From positions 2,460,001-2,492,000 of the forward strand of contig NC_006576.1 in assembly GCF_000010065.1 (NCBI RefSeq): 32,000 nucleotides of DNA. The letters are read 5' to 3'. The number at the start of each line of letters is the position of its first letter. The first letter of the stretch is position 1. The position numbers and the translations under genes are program-made. Source of the DNA: Synechococcus elongatus PCC 6301. Its GTDB lineage: Bacteria; Cyanobacteriota; Cyanobacteriia; Synechococcales; Synechococcaceae. The notes below the pieces were generated by a model. That model was not told where the DNA came from. It saw nothing but the letters and a program-made list of their open reading frames with translations, and searched no databases. Shown here one piece after another: positions 26,024 through 32,000 of this stretch.

Positions 26024-27473
26024 CAGTCCAGCTCAGCCGCCAAGAAATCACTGAGGCGGACGCGGCTATCCTGCCGAAACTCTTGGACATTGACGCGACT
26101 GAGACAGGCGATCGCCACCAACATGCCCAGAGCCTGAAAAGCGAACACTAGGGCGTAAGCCGGGAACAAGGCGGCTCCGCCAGCAGCCAGTGCTTCTGCC
26201 GAGAGCCCCAATTTGCCCAAATCAAAATCGCCCCACCGCTGACCGTGGCCACAGCGCGGGACAGAGCTTGGGCCAGTCCCCAAGCGCCAATGAAGGTTCC
26301 AGCCGTCTCGGCCAAGGTGAAATCCAGCATCAGGATGATCGAGCCACTGGTAGCAATGCCAGCCCCGAGACCAAACAGCACGATCGCCGATCGCAACAAA
26401 CTGGGCCAAGGCCCCCAACCCGCCGCAATGATCAGACAGAAGCAGAGCGCACTCAGACCACAGCCGACCTGAGCGGTCCGTTCTTTCCCCAATTTGGGCA
26501 CCACCAAAAATCCGGTCACTGCCGTACCGATCAAGGTGCCAAAACCCCAGTAGGCATTGAGCTGCGAGGATTGCCCGACACTAAAGCCAAAGACTTGACC
26601 GGCGTAGGGTTCCAGAATCGCCTCCTGCAAGAACAGGCTGAAGGTCAGGACCGCCAAAAACCCGAAGAAGAAGCCGGTTTGGCGACTCGCCGTCAGAACC
26701 CGCAGGGCACGACCGAGAGTGATGCTGTCCTCGCGATCGCGGCTTTGCGATCGCTCTGCAAAACCAGAATAGCGCCGCTCTACCCCCACCGTTGCCAGCA
26801 GAATTGTGCCAAACACCAGGAGCGGCACCACGGTAAATAGCTGCTGCAGCGAGCCTTGGATTTCAGGCAGTGATGATTCGGCTCCAACCGACTTGAGCAA
26901 AATACCCGTCGTGATCCCGCCGATTACAATCCCCACCATCAGCATTGACCAGACAATACTGACTAACTTGGGTCGGGTGCGCTCATCCGTGACATCCACC
27001 AGCAGCGCCGCGAAGGGTGTCGAACTAGCACTGATGGCCACACCGTACAGGGCAAAGGATAATCCCAGGGCGATCGCATAGAGCCAGGTATTCCCGCCCC
27101 AGCCGCTTTGCTCAAAACTGGCGGCTAAGGGCCAGACCAAGCGCACTGCCAGACTAGCCACTAGGCAAAATGTGGCACTGCCCAGCCAGATGTAGCCGCT
27201 ACGATGCAAGCCCCACAGCGGGCGAGTATCCGAGAGTTGCCCGAACCAGACCCGCACCGGTGCCACAAACTGATGCATGGCGATCGCACCCGCGACTAGT
27301 AACGCCGGCAGCCGGAGCTCATCGATCATGACGCGGTTGAGCACCCCCAGCGTCAGAATCGACATCACGCCAAGGGAGGCTTGAAACAGCCCTAGCCGCA
27401 ACATCGTCCACAGACTGAGGGAAGGCGGCAAAGGCTGCGACTCAACCATGGTGGGCACAGACAAATGAGACAT
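26023..27473 (-). pseudogene. PucC/LhaA-like BCD-family MFS transporter interrupted by a 1-nt frameshift (or an assembly error)
   Basis: Track ORF 26148..27473 (441 aa, multi-TM, ...GAWGLAQALSRAVATVSGGAIL) ends in non-membrane-like sequence (IWANWGSRQKHWLLAEPPCSRLTP). Another frame, ORF 26023..26418, carries the expected last TM helix and tail (DFDLGKLGLSAEALAAGGAALFPAYALVFAFQALGMLVAIACLSRVNVQEF...). Its stop is coupled to the next gene. The frames meet at homopolymers CCCC (26231-26234) and AAAA (26224-26227). Confidence 0.65.
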
Positions 27474-27519
27474 TCCTTCAACAATGCACTATCAACCCAG
27501 CCTAAGGCTGAGGCAGGCA

Positions 27520-29124
27520 TCAGCCCCCCGCACGTGCCAGATTGTTGACGTTGCTGACGGCCCGTTTGATCCGTGCCAGCGCCAAGTTGTAGGCCGTGAT
27601 CGCGTTGAGGGCGTTAGCTTCAGCTCTTGTTAGATCTCGCTGCGAATCAATCACTTCCGTCTGAGTACCAACACCGGCTTGGAAGCGGAGCCGTGCCAAC
27701 CGTAGCGCTTCCCGAGCCTGCTCAACCGCCTTACGGGTCGTGCCAATATTGGCCAAGTTGGTCTGGAGATCGTAGAAAGCCGTCTCCACGTCCGTCCGAA
27801 TTTGGTTACGAGTCAGAACAAAGTTCTGCTCGGCAATTTGGCCGTTCAGTTCCTGTTGCTGGGCGTTGGCATTGGCCAGACCGCCATCAAATAGCGGCAC
27901 GTTTAGCACCAAACCAATCGAATAGTTGTAGCTGCTGGTATTGGTGAGGGTCGGTGACGGGAAGGTGAGCGCTTGGCTACCACTGCGAAGGTTGCTGTTA
28001 ATCGCCCCATTGACGCCATAGGATGCCTGCAGGCCCAACTGCGGTAACACTTGGCCCCGCGCTGCCTGGGCTTGGTTGTAGCTAATGTTGCGCTGCAGCA
28101 CTTCTCGCTCTAGTTCCGGACGATTTTGGAAGGCGAGCACGATACTCTCATCGAGGCTGAGATTCCAGGGTGCGGCCAGCTCCACGGGGTCCGCCGTCAA
28201 AACATTGACGTTTTGCGGCAGGTTGAGAGCCTGGACTAGGGCGCGGCGGGCTTTGTCCTGGTTGCCGATGCTGTCAACCAAGTTTTGTTGGTCTTGGGCA
28301 AGCTGAACCTGTTGGCGCAACACATCGAATTGAGTCCCGACTCCAGCGCGGAACAGGGCTTCGGCATCCTTCAAGCTACGTTCAGAGGCAACGACTGACT
28401 CGCGGGCAATCCGAACGAGCTGGTCCGCATTCTGCAGGCGGTAATAGGCCTCGGAAACCGTGAGCTGTAAATCCTCAAGGGCCGCTTCGAGATCCAGCTC
28501 TGCTTGGGTGACTTGGTCGCGGCTGGCAGCGAGCTGGGCCCCCCGAACAAAATCAAAAATCGTGTAATTGAGGTTGAGGGTGGCTCTAATCGAGCTTTCG
28601 CCCAAGGTCGTGAAGAGACTGCTGCCTGTGGGCTGAGTGGGAGTGCCCTCAGTCACGTTTAGTCTGGTTCCATTTTGTTGATAGCCGGCAGTGCCTTGAA
28701 GCCCCAAGGTTGGGTAGAGCGCTGCTTCGGTGCCCCGTAGAGCGGCCTGTCGTTGTTGAACCTGTAGCTGCCGAACTTGAATCTGAGGGTTATTGAGGCG
28801 AGCTAGGTTGAGGGCCTGTTCCAAGGTCAGGGGCTGAAGCGCCTCGGTTTTGACTTGATTGGGTTGATTGGGTAGCTGGAAAGGATTGGGATTCGCCTGC
28901 AGCTCTTTGAGTAGATTTGCGTCAGGAACAACTTCCTTGACCGGACCCGGTGCTGGAGTGGTCGTCGGTGTCGTCGCAGGTGGTGTGGTGGCCTGAGCGA
29001 CTGTAGGGGTTGGCTCCGCTGTGGTTGCCTCAGCCAGCTCTGCGATCGCGGTAGGGGGGGTCACACCATGAGCTGCGATCGCCAGAGCGCTCAGAAAAGA
29101 GAGACGGTAGAGAAAAGCAGCCAT
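27520..29124 (-). CDS. tolC: TolC-family outer membrane efflux protein
   Basis: I start it at ATG 29124 (MAAFLYRLSFLSALAIAAHG..., a signal peptide); the track ORF extends 42 codons upstream. A Pro/Thr-rich linker is followed by two OEP repeats (LTLEQALNLARLNNPQIQ..., ...AFQNRPELE...). Confidence 0.9.
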   Translation of the reverse strand: MAAFLYRLSFLSALAIAAHGVTPPTAIAELAEATTAEPTPTVAQATTPPATTPTTTPAPGPVKEVVPDANLLKELQANPNPFQLPNQPNQVKTEALQPLTLEQALNLARLNNPQIQVRQLQVQQRQAALRGTEAALYPTLGLQGTAGYQQNGTRLNVTEGTPTQPTGSSLFTTLGESSIRATLNLNYTIFDFVRGAQLAASRDQVTQAELDLEAALEDLQLTVSEAYYRLQNADQLVRIARESVVASERSLKDAEALFRAGVGTQFDVLRQQVQLAQDQQNLVDSIGNQDKARRALVQALNLPQNVNVLTADPVELAAPWNLSLDESIVLAFQNRPELEREVLQRNISYNQAQAARGQVLPQLGLQASYGVNGAINSNLRSGSQALTFPSPTLTNTSSYNYSIGLVLNVPLFDGGLANANAQQQELNGQIAEQNFVLTRNQIRTDVETAFYDLQTNLANIGTTRKAVEQAREALRLARLRFQAGVGTQTEVIDSQRDLTRAEANALNAITAYNLALARIKRAVSNVNNLARAGG

Positions 29125-29430
29125 GTAGGGTGTCTGAACAAAAGAGCAGGATAGAGGGTCAGCGGATCCAAGGTCAGGGAATTTTCTTTGCCCAAGGAAT
29201 CCTTGCCTAATGTACCGAGAACCGCAACATTTGCACTTGTTCCCGATCACGCGGGTTGAAGCCAGGACAAGCTGGAGATATCCCAGACCCCTGAAAGGGT
29301 AGGGGCGATCGCCCTAGTACCAGATGGGTGATTCAAGGCAAGGTTTGAGGACTTACGCTAGCAGACCTCTGATCAACCCTGCAGTGGTGACTGCCACTTG
29401 TTTGGGCTGTCCTCCAGAACAGCTCACTGC

Positions 29431-30522
29431 TCAGCGGCAGGGTAAGTCAGGAAGAGCGGCCGCGATCGCAGGGTGAGTCAGGACGCCCTGGGCGACGTTC
29501 AGTCCCTCAGCCAGGCCTGGATCGCGATCACAACTGGCAAGGCCCTGGGCCGCGATCGCTTGAACATAGGGCAGGGTGCTGTTGTTCAGCGCTTGGGTGG
29601 CCGTCCAAGGCACCGCCCCTGGCATATTGGGTACGCCGTAGTGGACGACTCCCGCTTCGAGGTAGATCGGTTGGCTATGACTAGTGGGACGTAGGGTTTC
29701 CACACAGCCCCCTTGATCGACGGCGACATCAACCACCACTGACCCGGGGCGCATCTGGGCAATCAGGTCACGGTTCACCAAAATCGGGGCGCGTCGACCG
29801 GGTACCAGGACGGCTCCGATCAGTAAATCGGCCTGCGGTACACGGGCTTCAATTTCCGCAGGACTGCTATAGAGCAATTCGACGCGGGAGCCAAACAGGG
29901 CCTCTAGTTCTGCTAGCCGCTCAACATTAATGTCGACTATTTGAACTTTGGCCCCCAATCCGATCGCCATCTTGGCTGCTTCAGTCCCAACAATCCCGCC
30001 GCCCAGAATCATGACAGTGCCAGGGCTAACGCCGGGAACCCCGCCGAGCAAAACCCCCCGTCCGCCTTGCTGCCGCTCTAGGAAACGAGCGCCAAATTGT
30101 ACCGACAGCCGTCCGGCAATCCGGCTCATCGGCATCAGTAGGGGCAAGCTGCCATTGCGGGCGGTCACGGTTTCGTAGGCGATCGCAGTGGTTCCGCTGG
30201 CTAGGAGGCGCTCTGTTAGTGGGCGATCGGCGGCGAGGTGCAGGTAGGTGAAGAGCAGCAGATCAGGCCGCAGATAGTCGTACTCTGCTGGCAGGGGCTC
30301 CTTAACCTTGACAACTAGGGGGTGTTGCCAGGCCTCGGTAGCTGTGGCGACCACCTTGGCCCCAGCCAGTAAATAATCCTCGTCCTGAAACCCGGAACCG
30401 ACACCCGCCCCTTGCTCGATCCAGATCTGGTGCCCCTGTAGGGCTAAAGCCCGCACACTAGCAGGGCTCAGTCCCACCCGAAATTCTTGATCCTTGAGCT
30501 CACGCGGCACTCCGATGTCCAT
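29431..30522 (-). CDS. ald: L-alanine dehydrogenase
   Basis: 363 aa. MDIGVPRELKDQEFRVGLSP, the Rossmann motif VMILGGGIVG and VHYGVPNMPGAVP are canonical Ald. Confidence 0.95.
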   Translation of the reverse strand: MDIGVPRELKDQEFRVGLSPASVRALALQGHQIWIEQGAGVGSGFQDEDYLLAGAKVVATATEAWQHPLVVKVKEPLPAEYDYLRPDLLLFTYLHLAADRPLTERLLASGTTAIAYETVTARNGSLPLLMPMSRIAGRLSVQFGARFLERQQGGRGVLLGGVPGVSPGTVMILGGGIVGTEAAKMAIGLGAKVQIVDINVERLAELEALFGSRVELLYSSPAEIEARVPQADLLIGAVLVPGRRAPILVNRDLIAQMRPGSVVVDVAVDQGGCVETLRPTSHSQPIYLEAGVVHYGVPNMPGAVPWTATQALNNSTLPYVQAIAAQGLASCDRDPGLAEGLNVAQGVLTHPAIAAALPDLPCR

Positions 30523-30630
30523 GCTGCGGTCCCGACTGAACGGGCTTATTGTGGCAGATTCCAGGGATCGCGGGGGTCATCCCCGTTTGTTGACAGAATG
30601 AAACATGATAAAGACAGGCATTCTGCTGCT

Positions 30631-30801
30631 ATGGCCATGCTCGAACCTACTGTGACCCCCCACCGCGATCGCCCCCGCTTTGGCTTCAATGAGACTGCCG
30701 AAAAGCTGAACGGGCGTTTGGCGATGCTGGCCTTCGTCACCCTGATTGCTTTTGAACTCACGACGCACGAGGGCTTCCTGCATTGGCTCGGTCTGGTCTA
30801 G
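30631..30801 (+). CDS. hli: High-light-inducible protein (HLIP; single-helix CAB/ELIP/HLIP family)
   Basis: The C-terminal part [40 protein letters not shown] contains the chlorophyll-binding ExxNGRxAM motif plus one TM helix. The start is uncertain: ATG 30631, 30637 or 30598. The track ORF start at 30487 overlaps ald. Confidence 0.85.
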   Translation: MAMLEPTVTPHRDRPRFGFNETAEKLNGRLAMLAFVTLIAFELTTHEGFLHWLGLV

Positions 30802-31868
30802 AACCGCAAACGGTGACTGATGCTACCCCTTTGCTGGGGCGATCGCTCCCAGAACTACAGGACTGGGTCGTGGCACAGGGGCAGCCAAGCTATCGGGCCA
30901 AGCAACTGTACCAATGGCTCTACGAGCGGAGCATTCACAATTTGGCGGAGATTAGCGTCTTCCCCAAGGCTTGGCGGCAGAGTTTGCAAGCGGTGCCGGT
31001 GGGGCGATCGCAAATTGTCGATCGCAGTGTTTCCCCTAGCGGCTCCATTAAATACCTACTGCGGCTCCACGATGGCGAAATTATTGAAGCGGTCGGCATT
31101 CCCTCGGGCGATCGCCTGACGGTCTGTGTCTCATCGCAGCTGGGTTGTGCCATGGCCTGCGATTTTTGTGCCACGGGCAAAGGCGGCTTCCGGCGGCATC
31201 TAGCGCCCCACGAAATCATCGATCAGGTGTTGACTGTTCAGGAAGACTGGCAACAACGGGTCAGCAATATTGTCTTTATGGGGATGGGCGAGCCTTTGCT
31301 CAACCTCGATGCTGTGCTGGCGGCGATTCGCTGCCTCAACCAAGACATCGGTATTGGCCAGCGCGGAATCACCGTCTCGACTGTCGGCATCCCCGGCCAC
31401 ATTCGCCGCTTAGCAGAAACCAAACGGGTGGGCGATCGCCCCCTGCAATTCACCTTGGCGGTCAGTCTCCACGCCCCCAACCAAGCGATCCGCGATCGCC
31501 TGATTCCCAGCTCACGCCACTACCCAATCACCGACTTGCTGCAGGAATGCCGCGACTATGTTCAGATCACGGGGCGGCGAGTCACCTTCGAGTACATTCT
31601 GCTGGCGGGGCTAAACGATCAGCCCGAGCAGGCAGAACAACTAGCCCAGCTCCTCCGGGGGTTCCAGAGTCACGTCAACCTCATCCCTTGCAACCCCATT
31701 GATGAGGTTGAATATCAACGCCCCAGCAAAGCGCGGGTGGATGCCTTTGCCGACGCCCTGCGTCAACAGCGGGTAGCGGTCACAGTGCGCTGGTCTAAAG
31801 GTCTTGGCGCCGATGCCGCCTGTGGTCAGCTGCGAGCCAACCGTTCCACCGCGACGCTCCCTGCCTAG
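30783..31868 (+). CDS. rlmN: 23S rRNA/tRNA (adenine-C2)-methyltransferase RlmN (radical SAM)
   Basis: It has the radical-SAM cluster motif [11 protein letters not shown] plus [33 protein letters not shown] and DAACGQL. The start is ambiguous: TTG 30783 (GAGG about 10 nt upstream), GTG 30813 or TTG 30831. Confidence 0.92.
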   Translation: MARSGLEPQTVTDATPLLGRSLPELQDWVVAQGQPSYRAKQLYQWLYERSIHNLAEISVFPKAWRQSLQAVPVGRSQIVDRSVSPSGSIKYLLRLHDGEIIEAVGIPSGDRLTVCVSSQLGCAMACDFCATGKGGFRRHLAPHEIIDQVLTVQEDWQQRVSNIVFMGMGEPLLNLDAVLAAIRCLNQDIGIGQRGITVSTVGIPGHIRRLAETKRVGDRPLQFTLAVSLHAPNQAIRDRLIPSSRHYPITDLLQECRDYVQITGRRVTFEYILLAGLNDQPEQAEQLAQLLRGFQSHVNLIPCNPIDEVEYQRPSKARVDAFADALRQQRVAVTVRWSKGLGADAACGQLRANRSTATLPA

Positions 31869-31947
31869 GGCAAATAGTGGCGAGCGAGGCCGCTGTTGCT
31901 TCTACATTCAATCCCGAGGTCAGAATCGGCTGTGCTGCTGCGATCGG

Positions 31948-32000
31948 TCACTCCCCCTGTAGCGATCGCCAGTCCAGGTTGAATTTCTCCTTGAGATCCT
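31948..32000 (-). CDS. Possible 3' end (last 17 codons) of a minus-strand gene entering from beyond the right edge
   Basis: The minus frame reads ...DLKEKFNLDWRSLQGE-TGA with GC3-rich codons like neighbouring genes. The fragment is too short to identify. Confidence 0.25.
   Translation of the reverse strand, partial: DLKEKFNLDWRSLQGE

Larger units (their letters stand above)
1..32000. repeat. Dispersed HIP1 octamer palindrome (GCGATCGC), highly over-represented throughout
   Basis: A manual scan found roughly 90 copies; I counted 94, not machine-verified. Examples are 294-301, 833-840, 1123-1130, 15043-15050 and 24813-24820. Overlapping doublets GCGATCGCGATCGC occur near 6905 and 12551. Base composition predicts fewer than 1 copy in 32 kb. 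Confidence 0.9.

Noticed and set aside
26190-26840. A 216-aa + strand ORF antisense to the pucC-like gene. ORF 21681-22148 antisense to cydA is similar.
   Set aside because: These are shadow ORFs opposite multi-TM genes, with hydrophilic low-complexity sequences and no motifs.
29125-29250. The Cys-rich N-terminal extension (MIGNKCKCCGSRYIRQG...) of the TolC track ORF.
   Set aside because: The internal ATG 29124 is followed directly by a textbook signal peptide. The extension has no hydrophobic or conserved character.
1-32000. A scan for tRNA/rRNA genes, CRISPR arrays, IS/transposase or integrase genes, and long direct or tandem repeats.
   Set aside because: I saw no T-arm/anticodon-like tRNA signatures, no regularly spaced repeats and no transposase- or integrase-like ORFs. 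The only pervasive repeat is the 8-bp HIP1 palindrome.

Overview
This is a densely packed chromosomal core-genome window from a HIP1-rich cyanobacterium of roughly 55% GC. Gene content and order fit my unverified recollection of Synechococcus elongatus (PCC 7942/6301 lineage). I can support about 33 protein-coding genes. I found no rRNA, tRNA, CRISPR array, IS element or prophage. Left to right: a TamB/TIC236-like gene 5' part (-); a coupled sufU, ycf51-like, DUF4332 operon (+); a group-3 sigma factor (-); a UPF0182 membrane protein (-); a ThrC-family enzyme plus a CysO/MoaD-type Gly-Gly sulfur carrier (+); mutL and recN (-); an ABC1 kinase (+); a NucS-like nuclease fusion with a small upstream ORF (-); phoH, rpsU (57 aa, absent from the ORF track), a KH-domain protein, rpsP and ffh (-); three small or unknown genes; cydA and cydB (+); a degenerate pilin-like ORF (+); a co-directional tolC, frameshifted pucC-like MFS, IMPase-family, small-ORF cluster (-); ald (-); an HLIP gene and rlmN (+). 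Most of this is ordinary housekeeping. The candidates most worth a second look are: (1) the ThrC-like / Gly-Gly carrier pair, a possible protein-thiocarboxylate-dependent thio-amino-acid (homocysteine) route; (2) the lower-GC PD-(D/E)xK nuclease fusion with its small partner; (3) a single-nucleotide frameshift splitting the PucC-like transporter; (4) a two-gene coupled module with a degenerate kinase-like protein; (5) orphan terminator-like hairpins inside divergent promoter regions. I see no unambiguous novel system. All functional calls rest on motif recognition by eye, not database searches.
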